Below, in pieces: positions 25,812-35,653 of a stretch of 64,000 bases of DNA. The notes under the pieces were generated by a model. The model was not told the DNA's origin. It saw only the letters and a program-made list of their open reading frames with translations, and ran no database searches. Numbering within the stretch: position 1 is the first letter of the stretch; each line of letters begins with the position of its first letter. Made by a program: the position numbers and the translations under genes. This DNA is from Polyangia bacterium (lineage in GTDB: Bacteria; Myxococcota_A; Polyangia; Fen-1088), in the NCBI GenBank assembly GCA_035696125.1, contig DASRQZ010000036.1:11110-75109 (forward strand). The letters are read 5' to 3'.

Positions 25812-26975
25812 TCAGAGCCCGCTCCAGCCGAGGCCGACGCCCAGCAGGCGGGAGATCGAGATGCCGAGCGCGACGTGCGCGTGCTTGTCGATCACCGTCC
25901 ACGCTCCCAGCGCGGGGCCGCGCTGCACCACGGCGCGCGGATACAAGTTGAAGGTCATGAAGTAGTCGTTGACGTCGGTGATCTGCACCGAGGCCAGCAG
26001 CGAATCGCGCCGGTCGAGGTACGCGCCCGCGGTCGGAGTGAATGTGACGGTGTTGGCCACTCGCCTGGTCGACTCGTTGACCAGCCGCGTGGCCGCGCTG
26101 CCGGCGGCCGCCGACAGCGAATACTCGTCGTCGATCAGGAACGACAGTCCGACTTCGGTCGCCAGGCCGAAGTAGGTGAAGAGCCGCAGCCGCGGGTAGA
26201 ACGGCAGCGCCCATCTGGCGGCGAAGTTATTGCCCTGGTCGTGCAGCTCCCCGCGCGGAAAGGTGAAGGACGGTTGCAGTGACCAGTCGGACACGACCAG
26301 CACCCGACTGAAGAAGCGGTTGGGCGCGTCGAAGCTGAAAAGGATCATCGCCGCGATGTCGAAGACATAGATGTCAGCCAGCGCGTCGGTGTTGGGCCCG
26401 ACCACGCCCTTGTTCTCGATGGTCTCGTTGACCAGCGCGGCCGCCAGCAGGGTCAGGCCCGACCACAGGTGCGGCAACGGAACGGCCCGATCGTCGAACC
26501 ACTCTGCCAGCGCGGTGTAGGTCACGCCGCCGCCGATCAGGTGCAGGGTGTAGTTCGGCACCCAGCGCGCGCTCTGCCCGCCGAATCTGAGCGGAAAGAT
26601 CTCCTCGGTGAGGAAGGGTTTCCAGCCCACCGCGGAGATGTTGGCGAAGGGGTGCGCCAGGTTATCGAGCACGTTGCCGCTGTTGACCCGGTAGCGTTGC
26701 TCGAAGATGTTGCGGCTGGCGACGTGGTCCTGCAACACGTCGTAGCCGCGGTTGAGAAAGACCCACAGCGGGCTGAACAGCGACTGGCTACCGTAGTCGA
26801 GGCCGAAGTAGAAGTAGCGCGGCCGCGTGGGCGCGACGGGCGGCGCCGTGGGCACGCTGACCACCGACGCGGGCGGGACCGGCGGCCCGGCGGCGACGGC
26901 CGCGCGCGCCGCGATCAGACAGCCGCAGAACACCGCGGTCCGCCCGCCGGCGAGGGTGCGTCCAGACCGCGTCAT
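25812..26975 (-). CDS. Secreted hypothetical protein (possibly membrane-associated)
   Basis: It has a signal peptide and protein-like composition, and is rich in aromatic residues. Its start is directly adjacent to the stop of the upstream histidine kinase. I recognise no family. Confidence 0.7.
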   Translation of the reverse strand: MTRSGRTLAGGRTAVFCGCLIAARAAVAAGPPVPPASVVSVPTAPPVAPTRPRYFYFGLDYGSQSLFSPLWVFLNRGYDVLQDHVASRNIFEQRYRVNSGNVLDNLAHPFANISAVGWKPFLTEEIFPLRFGGQSARWVPNYTLHLIGGGVTYTALAEWFDDRAVPLPHLWSGLTLLAAALVNETIENKGVVGPNTDALADIYVFDIAAMILFSFDAPNRFFSRVLVVSDWSLQPSFTFPRGELHDQGNNFAARWALPFYPRLRLFTYFGLATEVGLSFLIDDEYSLSAAAGSAATRLVNESTRRVANTVTFTPTAGAYLDRRDSLLASVQITDVNDYFMTFNLYPRAVVQRGPALGAWTVIDKHAHVALGISISRLLGVGLGWSGL

Positions 26976-28169
26976 CTACGGCGCGTCGTCGGAACCGATC
27001 ACGAACGAGAAGGTCGAACCATGGCCGGGCGCGCTCTCGACGGCGATGCGCCCGCCGTGGGCCTCGACGATGGTCTTGCAGATCGACAGGCCCAGGCCCA
27101 GCCCGCGAGGGTCCGACGCGTCGGCCTGCCAGAACCGGTCGAAGGCGCGCGCGGCGTCGGCGGCCGGCATCCCCGGGCCGTGATCGCGCACGGAGAAGCA
27201 GACGCCGTCGCGCGCGCGCGTGACCCCCAGCGTGACCCGCGGCTCGGCGCCGCCGAATTTGCCGGCGTTGGTCAACAGATTCAGGATCACCCGCACGATG
27301 CGCGTCCGGTCGATCTGGATCAAGGGCAGGTCGGCGTCGGTCTCGATGCGCAGGTCGACGCGATCGCGGCCGGCGATCGGGCGATACACCGCCACAACCT
27401 CGTCGATGACCGCGAGCGGAGGTTCGGGCGAACGTGACAGCAAGAGGCGATCGCTCTCGACGCGGGCGATGTCCATGAGGTCCTGGATCATGCGATCCAT
27501 ATGACCGATCGACACGCGGATCGCCTCCAGCGAATTGCGCGACGAAGCGTCGCCGCCGTTGCACAGGGCGTCGACACGCAAGAGCACTCCGTGCAGTGGA
27601 TTGCGAAGGTCGTGGGCGACCACGGTCAGCACCTCATTGCGCGCGGCGATGGCGAGCTGGGTCTTCTGATCCAGCTCCCGGATGCGCGCCTCGGCGCGGC
27701 GCAGCTGCGTGACGTCGCGCAGGGCCGCGCCCAGGTACAGTCGTCCGCCGCTCTCGATGCGGGCGATCGATGTCTCGACGATCAGCTCCTCGCCATCGGC
27801 GCGCAGCCCCACCAGATCCACGCCAGGCGCGAGGCGGCGCGTGGCGTCGCCACTGGCGGCGAACCGCCGCACGTGCTGGCGATGGGGCTCCCGGTGGCGG
27901 GCCGGAATCAGGATCTCGAGGGGGCGGCCCAGCACCTCGGAGGCCGGGTAACCAAACAAACGTTCCGCCCCCTCGCTGAACAGGGCGATCAACTGATTTT
28001 CATCGATCGTGATCAGCGCGTCGGAGCTGATGCGGCACATGGCCGCCAGCAACGCCGCCGGCGGGGCCGCCGGTCCCGGGGTCACCTCGCGGGAAGTCAG
28101 CGCCTCCGGGGAAGGCGTCTTTTCGAGCTCGGCATCCGCCAAAGCCCCCCCAGTCTGCCCCCGCGTCAC
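26976..28169 (-). CDS. Cytoplasmic PAS-domain sensor histidine kinase
   Basis: The PAS region is DALITIDENQLIALFSEGAERLFGYPASEVLGRPLEILIP. The H-box is VVAHDLRNPLHG. The N, G1 and G2 boxes are LLTNAGKF, VRDHGPGM and GLGLGLSICK. No TM helix is present. Confidence 0.9.
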   Translation of the reverse strand: MTRGQTGGALADAELEKTPSPEALTSREVTPGPAAPPAALLAAMCRISSDALITIDENQLIALFSEGAERLFGYPASEVLGRPLEILIPARHREPHRQHVRRFAASGDATRRLAPGVDLVGLRADGEELIVETSIARIESGGRLYLGAALRDVTQLRRAEARIRELDQKTQLAIAARNEVLTVVAHDLRNPLHGVLLRVDALCNGGDASSRNSLEAIRVSIGHMDRMIQDLMDIARVESDRLLLSRSPEPPLAVIDEVVAVYRPIAGRDRVDLRIETDADLPLIQIDRTRIVRVILNLLTNAGKFGGAEPRVTLGVTRARDGVCFSVRDHGPGMPAADAARAFDRFWQADASDPRGLGLGLSICKTIVEAHGGRIAVESAPGHGSTFSFVIGSDDAP

Positions 28170-28284
28170 ATCAAATCATACAAATTGCGCCTGCAAATTT
28201 TGCGCTGGGGGCCGTTGTGGGAAAGTCGCCGAACAAACCCGGCCCCGGGCTCCGATGAAGAAATTCTCGCGCGGCGCCGCGAGA

Positions 28285-28587
28285 TCAGGAGCGGAAAATC
28301 GACCCGATGGCGATGACCGTGGCACCGCTACGCGGGCTGGCGGGGCGCCGAGTTCCTAGAAGGTCACGGAACCGCAGGACCTTGGCGTGCATGACGGCCA
28401 GGTCTTCATCGGAGACCGAGCTCCAGCCATTCTGCAAATCCTGGGCGGTGGGAAGCCGGGAGCGCAGCTCGCGCCACTCGCCGCGGGCCGCGGCGCTCAC
28501 CTGATCCAGCCGCGGCTCTATCTCTCCACCGAGGCGGTTCAGATCGTTGAGCAGCTGGGCGGTCGTCTCGGTAATTCTGAAGTGCAT
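28285..28587 (-). CDS. Small helical hypothetical protein (100 aa)
   Basis: GAGGAGG RBS lies 7 nt before ATG 28587. The product is MHFRITETTAQLLNDLNRLGGEIEPRLDQV.... I recognise no family. Confidence 0.5.
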   Translation of the reverse strand: MHFRITETTAQLLNDLNRLGGEIEPRLDQVSAAARGEWRELRSRLPTAQDLQNGWSSVSDEDLAVMHAKVLRFRDLLGTRRPASPRSGATVIAIGSIFRS

Positions 28588-28690
28588 CTTCCAGCCTCCT
28601 CGATCGATCTCGCAGGGTGGGGATAGAGCGGCAAGATTGTACCAGCATCTATCGCGACGATCACGTGACACGTGTCCGAATTTTCTGTCT

Positions 28691-28769
28691 CGGCCCCGAG
28701 GGGCCTCTGGCTTCGGGCCTCGGACCTCCAGTGAAGAGTCCTCCAGAGGTCCGAGGCCCGAGGCCCTCG
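28691..28769. repeat. Hairpin element E7, GGCCTCGG type with CCTCCAGTGAAGAGTCCTCC apex
   Basis: ggggcctctggcttcgggcctcggacctccag tgaagagtc ctccagaggtccgaggcccgaggccctcg. It is the same family and orientation as E8. Confidence 0.8.
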
Positions 28770-28868
28770 ATTGGCTGATGACGCTTCATTCAAACCGCTC
28801 GCAGCCGCTCGCAGACCGCTCGGTGTTCTAGCTGCAGCCGCGCCGCAAATGGCGTACTCTCGGCAGCG

Positions 28869-31487
28869 ATGGGTCGGACGCCCCCGTTTTTGGCTGGCTT
28901 TTTGTCTACGCGGATCTGGTGGGTGGCGCTCGTGGCAGCCCTGGCAGCCACCGCCTGCGGGCGATCAGATTTGTTCAGCGCGCGCCGCTGTCCGCCCGGC
29001 CAGACCGGTTGCAACTCACCCGACGGCGGGATCGGACCCGGGGGATCAGCGGGCGGCGGCGGGCTCGGCGGCCCCGGCGGGTTCGGTGGCCCGGGCGGCG
29101 CCGGCGGATCCGCCGGTGCCGGAGGGCGCGGCGGCTTCGGCGGCTTCGGCGGCTTCGGCGGTATCGGCGGCCGCGGCGGCGGCGGGGGGCGCGGAGCGGG
29201 CGGATTCGGCGGCTTCGGAGGCGTCGGTGGCGCGGGCGGCGGCGTTGGCGGGCGTGGCGGCGCCGGTGGCTGCGGACCGGGCCTGCCCGAGCTCTGCTCC
29301 GACGGTGTCGATAACAACTGCAATGGTTTCGTCGACTGCGGCGATCCCGGCTGCTTCGGTAGCCGCGCCTGCATCGTCCCCGGCCGGGAGATTTGCAACA
29401 ACGGCATCGACGACGATGACGATCGCCTGATCGACTGCGCCGACCCCGACTGCATGGGCAGCGTCGCGTGCATCCCGGTCATGGGCACCGAGATCTGCGA
29501 CAACGGCGTCGACGACAACCGCGACAACCTGGCCGACTGCGCCGATCCCCAGTGCGTCACCTTCCCCGGCTGCCTCACGGTCGCTTGTCAAGCTGACGTC
29601 GACTTCGGCACGCTGGCAGCGCGTGGCGCCGACGTCAAACAGATCGTGAACACCAGCGGCGCCCCGAACAGCTACGCCAGCTGCGTGCCGCCGGGTGGCC
29701 GCGGCCGGGTGGGCCGCTTCCGGCTGGGGGCGTCCGCCGACGTGCGGGTCGACGTCACCAGCCAGGCCGCCGGCTCCGCCCACGGGGTCTCGGTCTTCCG
29801 GGCCGGCGTCAATCAAGCCTGTGACCAGAACCTGGTGGCCTGCTTCGACGCGGGCGATGGCTCCGCGACCCACACCTTCGCCGGCCTCACGCCGGGGACG
29901 TACTGGGTGATCGTGGAATCGCGACCGGGTCTGGCCGGCGCCGTCGTCGTCCGGCTGTCGACCGGATCGGCCACCGTGAACGAGGTATGCAACAACGGTG
30001 TCGACGATGACGGCAACGGGCTCACTGACTGTCAGGACCTGAGCTGTCAGACGTCCCCGCTGTGCTCGGTGCGGCAGTGCGTGGCCGACGTGGCGCTGGG
30101 CGCGCTGGTGATGGACGGCCCGGGGCGCACCGCCAGCCTGGACACCACCGCGGGCGCCAACCGCTATCACCCGACCTGCGTGGGCGCCTCCGACGGGGGC
30201 GACGCGACGGTCGGCTTCACCCTGCCGGAGGCGGGAGGCATCCTGCTGAACTACATGCAGACCGGAAGTGCAAGCCACGGCTTTGCGCTGTTCCCGGCGG
30301 CGGGTCCTGGCCTGCCCTGCGACACCAACGAGAACGGCTGCGTCTTCCCGGCGCCGGCGCCGGGCGGCAGCGGGGGTGGGATTGCGTTCTCCAACCGTCC
30401 CGCGGGCCGTTACATTTTGATCATCAAGGCGCGCAGCCGGGCCGGCGAGGGTGCGGTCACGGTTCAGCTGTCGGCGTTCTCCAACCGCCGGGTCGAGCTG
30501 TGCAACAACCGCATCGACGACGACGGCAACGGCCTCACCGATTGCTCCGATCCCGCCTGCTTCGGCGTGGCGGGCTGCCCGGCGACGGCGTGTGTCCCGG
30601 ACATCGATCTCGGCACCATCGCTCCCGGCACCATCGTGAACCAGATGGTCGACGTCAGCGCCGGTCGTGACCTGTACCGGACCCGCTGCGGGCGCGGCAA
30701 CGGCAAGGAGCAAGTGCTGCGCTTCCACGCGACGTCCCCCATGGGCCTTTTCATCTCCTGCACCGAGACCGGCTCCCAGGTCCTGCAGCTCACCCAGCAG
30801 ATCGGGGTGCTCGACGCCTGCGACGCCAACCCCTTCAATTGCGCCGATCCCAGCGTGCTGAGCTTCGGGTGCAACTTCGTGATGCCGGGGCTGCAACCGG
30901 GCGACTGGAATCTGATAGTCGAAGGTTTCCAGCTCGGCAGCGAGGGCACGGTGAATCTCACGGTGGGCGGCGTCGCTCCCACGACCACCGAGATCTGCAA
31001 CAACGGCGTCGACGACGACAACGACGGCGCCACCGACTGCGCCGATCGCAAGTGCGTGACCTCCCCACTGTGCACGCCGTTCGCCTGCCGGGCGGACACT
31101 CTCCTCGGCGTGCTGCCGCTCAACGGGACACCGACCGTGGCCAGCGCCACGACCACCGGCGCGGGCGATGATCAACAAGTCAGCTGCTCCTCGGCTCCAG
31201 GCGGCCAGGACCAGGTGATCGATTTCGAGCTGCCCGGGACCGCCGACCTCACCATCCGCTGGGCCCAGATCGGCACCCACGACTTCGAGCTGTTCGCCAA
31301 CGACGGCGCGTTGTTCGCGTGCGACGCCGGCGCGTCGCTGGCGTGCATCGCGACCACCGACCAGCTCCCCGGAGAGCAGGTCCTGAGGCGGCTTCCGGCC
31401 GGCCGCTATCACCTGGTCATCAACGCCGACGCCGCCACACGGGAGGGCGTCGTCGGTCTGCAGCTCATCGGCGTCCTGTCGCCCTAG
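28869..31487 (+). CDS. Modular lipoprotein: Gly/Arg/Phe-rich tether, six Cys/Asp-rich CxNGxDDDxxGxxDCxDxxC motifs, four ~140-aa beta-sandwich-like domains
   Basis: The lipobox is LAATACG. The GGFGG/RGG low-complexity region is encoded at 29040-29280. An example of the repeated motif is ICNNGIDDDDDRLIDCADPDC. Four related domains each start C(Q/V/R)(A/P)D..(F/L)G. Confidence 0.85.
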   Translation: MGRTPPFLAGFLSTRIWWVALVAALAATACGRSDLFSARRCPPGQTGCNSPDGGIGPGGSAGGGGLGGPGGFGGPGGAGGSAGAGGRGGFGGFGGFGGIGGRGGGGGRGAGGFGGFGGVGGAGGGVGGRGGAGGCGPGLPELCSDGVDNNCNGFVDCGDPGCFGSRACIVPGREICNNGIDDDDDRLIDCADPDCMGSVACIPVMGTEICDNGVDDNRDNLADCADPQCVTFPGCLTVACQADVDFGTLAARGADVKQIVNTSGAPNSYASCVPPGGRGRVGRFRLGASADVRVDVTSQAAGSAHGVSVFRAGVNQACDQNLVACFDAGDGSATHTFAGLTPGTYWVIVESRPGLAGAVVVRLSTGSATVNEVCNNGVDDDGNGLTDCQDLSCQTSPLCSVRQCVADVALGALVMDGPGRTASLDTTAGANRYHPTCVGASDGGDATVGFTLPEAGGILLNYMQTGSASHGFALFPAAGPGLPCDTNENGCVFPAPAPGGSGGGIAFSNRPAGRYILIIKARSRAGEGAVTVQLSAFSNRRVELCNNRIDDDGNGLTDCSDPACFGVAGCPATACVPDIDLGTIAPGTIVNQMVDVSAGRDLYRTRCGRGNGKEQVLRFHATSPMGLFISCTETGSQVLQLTQQIGVLDACDANPFNCADPSVLSFGCNFVMPGLQPGDWNLIVEGFQLGSEGTVNLTVGGVAPTTTEICNNGVDDDNDGATDCADRKCVTSPLCTPFACRADTLLGVLPLNGTPTVASATTTGAGDDQQVSCSSAPGGQDQVIDFELPGTADLTIRWAQIGTHDFELFANDGALFACDAGASLACIATTDQLPGEQVLRRLPAGRYHLVINADAATREGVVGLQLIGVLSP

Positions 31488-31506
31488 CTGCCAGGGCGTC
31501 CCCCTT

Positions 31507-31667
31507 GGAACACCGAACGGTTTGAAGTTGGGCCATCGCTGGTTAGGGGCCTCGGACCTCGGGCCTCGGACCCTCCAGTGAAGAGTTCTCCTGAGGCCTG
31601 AGGCCCGAAGCCAGAAGCCCCTTGAGCGCGATGGCCTAGCTTTCAAATCGTTCGGTGCTCTAGTTCC
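31507..31667. repeat. Hairpin element E8 (161 bp), GGCCTCGG type with the same apex as E7
   Basis: The inner part is ggggcctcggacctcgggcctcggaccctccagtgaagagttctcctgaggcctgaggcccgaagccagaagcccc. The outer stem pairs ggaacaccgaacggtttgaagttgggccatcgc with gcgatggcctagctttcaaatcgttcggtgctctagttcc. Confidence 0.8.
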
Positions 31668-31771
31668 CCCCGCGCTTCTCCTCCCGGCTGCGTGCGAGCA
31701 TCCGAAGAAATTGCGGTGGGGTCAAAATTGCTCGTGGCGAGGAATGTGCATACCTTGCCAGCGGGCATACA

Positions 31772-34700
31772 ATGAGTCACGGACCACCCCGGCGATGGGC
31801 GAGGCGCGTCGCCGTGGGCGGGACGGGGCTGGTCTGCCTGCTGCTGCTGCTGGCGGCGCTGGCGCCGATCATCGTGCGCGGCGCGCGCTTCGGGCGGGTG
31901 GTGGGCTGGTTGATGCCGGCCACGCGCGGGGCGATCTCTGTCGCGGGCGGGAGCTGGAGCTGGAGCGGGGCGTGGGCAATCTGGCGCGGGCGTCCGGCGA
32001 CCTTGAGCCTCGACGGAATCCGGATCGTGGATCCGGAAGGCGTCGATGTGCTGCGCGCCGAGCACGTCGAGGGGACCGTCGAGCTGTCGCGCGACCGCGC
32101 CCGGCTGGTGCTGCGCGACCTGCATATCCGGCATGCCTTCTGGCGCTTCGCTCAGATGAAGGCCGGACGCGACGTCGGCTTCCTGGCGGCGATGCAACCG
32201 TTGCGGCGCGTGGCTGCGCGCCCGCGCGCGCGCGGCGGCGGACTGGCTTCGCTCGCGATCGCCGGCGCGCAGCTGGACGGGGTCGACGTCATTTTCGACC
32301 TGCCGGCCTGGGGGTTGTCCCTGACCGATGTGCACGCGCGCGGGCAGCTGGCACTGACCGCCGCCGCTGGCGACGCCGGCACCGGCACCGGTACCAGCGC
32401 GGATGGGCGCGGCCGGACGGCACGAGCCGCTTTCACCTTCGAGGTCGCGGACGCCGACCTGCGCGGCGGCGGTCTGCTGCGCGTGCTGGGCGGGCAGGCG
32501 CGCAGCGAGCTGCCCTTCTCCAGCGGGCGCATCGACCGCGTGGCGACGACGGCGGCGCGACCCGACAGGCTGGAGCTGGCGGCCAGCGGCGTCGCGACCG
32601 GAGCAGCGCGGCTGACGCTGAACGCCTGGTTCGGCGGTGTCTACGGCGGCAGCGGCGATCGAGCGCACGGCTCGAAGGCCGGCGCCGGCGCCGGTCACGG
32701 CGGCGCCATCGAGCTGCACGCGCATTTCACCGATGCCGCCGACGCCGTGCGCGCCGTGCTCGCGCGCCGCTTCCGCGCGGGCGCGGCGCCGGTCACGGTC
32801 GCGGGCCCGGGCGCGGTCCTGGATCTCGGCGTGCTGGGACCCTTCGATCAGGTCCGCGTCGAATCGTCGCTGCGCGGCTTCGATCTTGGCGCGCGCGGGC
32901 TATCGTTCGCCGGCGTCGCCGGCACGCTGACGGTCGAGCCGGCGGCCGGCCGCGCGCGCCTGGTCGGCCTCACCTTCGCCTCGCCCGCCGGCGGGCGGCT
33001 CGCGCTCGACGCCGAGGTGGATCGCCTGCTGATACAGGGCACGCTCGCCCTCGACCACTTCGCGACCGCCCCCTACCTGCCGCCGTTCCTGCGCCCGCTG
33101 GCGGGCGGCGCGCTCGACGGACGGGTGCGCGCCGCGCTCGACCTGGTGGGACGCACCGCCTCGCTCGAGCGGGTGGACCTCACCTTCACGCCGCCCACGC
33201 GCGCGCCCGGGGCGCGATTGCCGGGCCACCCGCTGCGCCTGGTCGCTGGCGCCGGTACGCGCGTCGCCCGCGCGCCGAAATCCAGGGCCCAGATCGTACA
33301 GCTCGACGGAGCGCGCTTCGCGCGCGGGACGTTGGTGCTGCCCGAGGTCGCCTTCGAGCTGGCCGGCGGCCGCGTCAGCGGGCGCGCGCGCCTGACGCTG
33401 ACCGACGACCAGGGACACCTGCGACCGCCGATCATCGACGTCGACGCGCGCGCGCGGCGCATCTCCTTTACCCAGCTGGCCGGCGCCACCTTCGCCACCG
33501 GCGATCTCGACTTTCGCGCGCGCGCGAAAGGCGCGCTCGACGATCTGACGCTCACGATCGACGTGCCGGCGGACCAGTCGCTGCGGGTCTTCGGCGAGGT
33601 ATGCCAGCTGCCAGCGTCGACCACCCTGCGCTTCGATGGTCGCGCGCTCACGCTGCCCGATTTTCGCCTGCGCGGTCGCAGCGGCTCCGAGCTGGCATTC
33701 GACGGGCGCATCCAACGCGATGGCGAAGTCGCCGTCACCCTGGAGGTGCGCGGCTTTCCGCTCGGGAAGTTACCCGGCGTCGCCGACGCCGAGCTGCCCA
33801 TCTCGGGGACGCTGTCGGGGCGGCTGCGCGCGTCGGGCCCCGCGCGCGAGCCGCGGCTCGAGGGTCAGATCACCATCGCGCACACCCAACTTCAGGGCCG
33901 CCCCATCGGAGGTGGAATGCTGACGATCCGCCCTGGCCCGGGCGGCGCCGGCGCAATTTCGGGCACCGGTCAGGTCATGGAAGGCGTCGCGTTCGACGGG
34001 ACGATGGCGCCCGCCGGCGGCAGCGTGCGAGGAACGGCGAAGCTGCAGCTCCGCGCGGTGCGGCTCGATCCGTTCCTGGCGCTGCTGTTGCCTGGCGGGG
34101 CGCGCGCGTCCGGCGTGGTGTCCGGGACGCTCGAGGCGCGCGTCGCGCCGCACGCGCCGCCCGAGGTCGAAGGCCGGATCAGCGAGCTGGCGCTCACGGT
34201 GACCGGCGCGACGCCGCACGCGTCGCGTCCGGGCGGGCCGGCGGCGCCGCCGCCCACGCTCGAGCTGCACGCCCTGGACGAGGTGCGCCTGTCGGCGCGC
34301 GCGGGAGGCGGACCGATCCGGATCGAGGCGGCGCGCTTCGCGGGTACGGCCGGCTCCGTCGAGCTCGCGGGCGAGAGCGTGGCCGGGAACGCGCGCGCCT
34401 GGGTGCGCGGCCGGCTCGCGCTGGGCGCGATCGCGCCGGTGGTGATGCCGTGGAGCCGCGGAACGCTGACGCGGCTGGCAGGAGACCTGGACTTCGACAT
34501 CGCCGCCCAGGCCGCGCGCGATGCCGTCCCGGTCGTCACTGGTACGGTCAGGGTCGCCACTCCCGTCTCGCTGCGGGTGGCCGGCCTGCCCTTCGACGCC
34601 AGGCTGGCCTCGGGGTCGCTGCGACTCGACGGCGATGGAACCACCCACCTGGATCTGCCGGTGACCCTGGGCGCGGGCACGTTGCGGCTCACCGGCGTCG

Positions 34701-35551
34701 TGACCTCCCCGATGGACGGCGACCCGCGCGTCACGGTCGATCTCGACGGCGATCTCGACGCGGGCTTGCTGGCGCTGGCCGCGCCAACCACCGTCGCCTG
34801 GGCCACGGGCGGCGCGCGCCTTCACGCCCACGTCGAGGGACGGCCGCTGTTCGCCGGCGCCGCCGCCGGCGACGACCTCCGGGTTCGCGCGCGCCTCTCG
34901 CCGGCGCCGCTCACCCTGGCGCTGCGCGCCTGGCCCGGGGTCGCCATCCAGGTCGCGGGCGGACCGATCGACCTCGATCAACACTCATTGTCGGCGCGCG
35001 CGCTGCGCCTGACGGTCGCGGGCACGGCCGACCTGACCATCGGCGCCCCGGTCGACGGCGCGGCGGTCGTCGAGCTCGGGTCGCTGCAGCGGCCGCGCCC
35101 CGGACGCGTCACCCTGCCGGTGCGCGGCCGCGTCACCGCGTCGCCGGTCGCGCCGCTGGTCGTCGACGACGCCAGCCTGGCGCTGCGCCTGGACGGCGAC
35201 CTCACGCGCCGCGCCCGCCTGACCGGCGAGGTGACGGTGACGGCCGCGCACGTTCCCCCTGGCAAGGCGCGACGCAAGGCCACGCCCGCGGCCGGCAAGG
35301 CCACCGGCATCAGATCGGCCGCGACCTCGTCCTGGCTGCGCCGTCCCGAGCTCGCGCGCATCGACCTGGACGTGCGGGCGCGCGCGCGGCGCGGCGCGGT
35401 CACCGTCGAGCTCGACAACCTGCCCGACGTGCACGTCGGCGTGGACTACCGGGTGCGGGGCACCCCGCTCGCACCGCAGATCTCGGGCGACCTGCAAGGC
35501 GCCGATCTGTTCAGCTCGTTCGCGCTGTTCTTGCGGCGGATTTTTCAGTAA
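31772..35551 (+). CDS. TamB/AsmA-like translocation-and-assembly-module protein (1259 aa)
   Basis: It has an N-terminal TM anchor (LVCLLLLLAALAPIIV) and a very long repetitive beta-rich body. The DUF490-like C-terminus is VDYRVRGTPLAPQISGDL. The overlapping 31711..35670 ORF is an Arg-rich frame shadow. Confidence 0.8.
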   Translation: MSHGPPRRWARRVAVGGTGLVCLLLLLAALAPIIVRGARFGRVVGWLMPATRGAISVAGGSWSWSGAWAIWRGRPATLSLDGIRIVDPEGVDVLRAEHVEGTVELSRDRARLVLRDLHIRHAFWRFAQMKAGRDVGFLAAMQPLRRVAARPRARGGGLASLAIAGAQLDGVDVIFDLPAWGLSLTDVHARGQLALTAAAGDAGTGTGTSADGRGRTARAAFTFEVADADLRGGGLLRVLGGQARSELPFSSGRIDRVATTAARPDRLELAASGVATGAARLTLNAWFGGVYGGSGDRAHGSKAGAGAGHGGAIELHAHFTDAADAVRAVLARRFRAGAAPVTVAGPGAVLDLGVLGPFDQVRVESSLRGFDLGARGLSFAGVAGTLTVEPAAGRARLVGLTFASPAGGRLALDAEVDRLLIQGTLALDHFATAPYLPPFLRPLAGGALDGRVRAALDLVGRTASLERVDLTFTPPTRAPGARLPGHPLRLVAGAGTRVARAPKSRAQIVQLDGARFARGTLVLPEVAFELAGGRVSGRARLTLTDDQGHLRPPIIDVDARARRISFTQLAGATFATGDLDFRARAKGALDDLTLTIDVPADQSLRVFGEVCQLPASTTLRFDGRALTLPDFRLRGRSGSELAFDGRIQRDGEVAVTLEVRGFPLGKLPGVADAELPISGTLSGRLRASGPAREPRLEGQITIAHTQLQGRPIGGGMLTIRPGPGGAGAISGTGQVMEGVAFDGTMAPAGGSVRGTAKLQLRAVRLDPFLALLLPGGARASGVVSGTLEARVAPHAPPEVEGRISELALTVTGATPHASRPGGPAAPPPTLELHALDEVRLSARAGGGPIRIEAARFAGTAGSVELAGESVAGNARAWVRGRLALGAIAPVVMPWSRGTLTRLAGDLDFDIAAQAARDAVPVVTGTVRVATPVSLRVAGLPFDARLASGSLRLDGDGTTHLDLPVTLGAGTLRLTGVVTSPMDGDPRVTVDLDGDLDAGLLALAAPTTVAWATGGARLHAHVEGRPLFAGAAAGDDLRVRARLSPAPLTLALRAWPGVAIQVAGGPIDLDQHSLSARALRLTVAGTADLTIGAPVDGAAVVELGSLQRPRPGRVTLPVRGRVTASPVAPLVVDDASLALRLDGDLTRRARLTGEVTVTAAHVPPGKARRKATPAAGKATGIRSAATSSWLRRPELARIDLDVRARARRGAVTVELDNLPDVHVGVDYRVRGTPLAPQISGDLQGADLFSSFALFLRRIFQ

Positions 35552-35653
35552 CCGGGCTCGGCCCGCGTACATGCCCGAACATCGCGGCGCAAAGCCGTGC
35601 AGGCGCCGGCCCGGTAGCGCTCGTGCAAATTGCCCCCATACTTCCATCCATAA

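Noticed and set aside
29130-29160. Coding (GGCTTCGGC)x3 in the lipoprotein tether uses the same octamer as the intergenic GGCTTCGG repeats.
   Set aside because: It is in frame as Gly-Phe-Gly repeats and has no complementary arm. It is probably a coincidence of GC-rich Gly/Phe codons, although a common slippage origin cannot be excluded.
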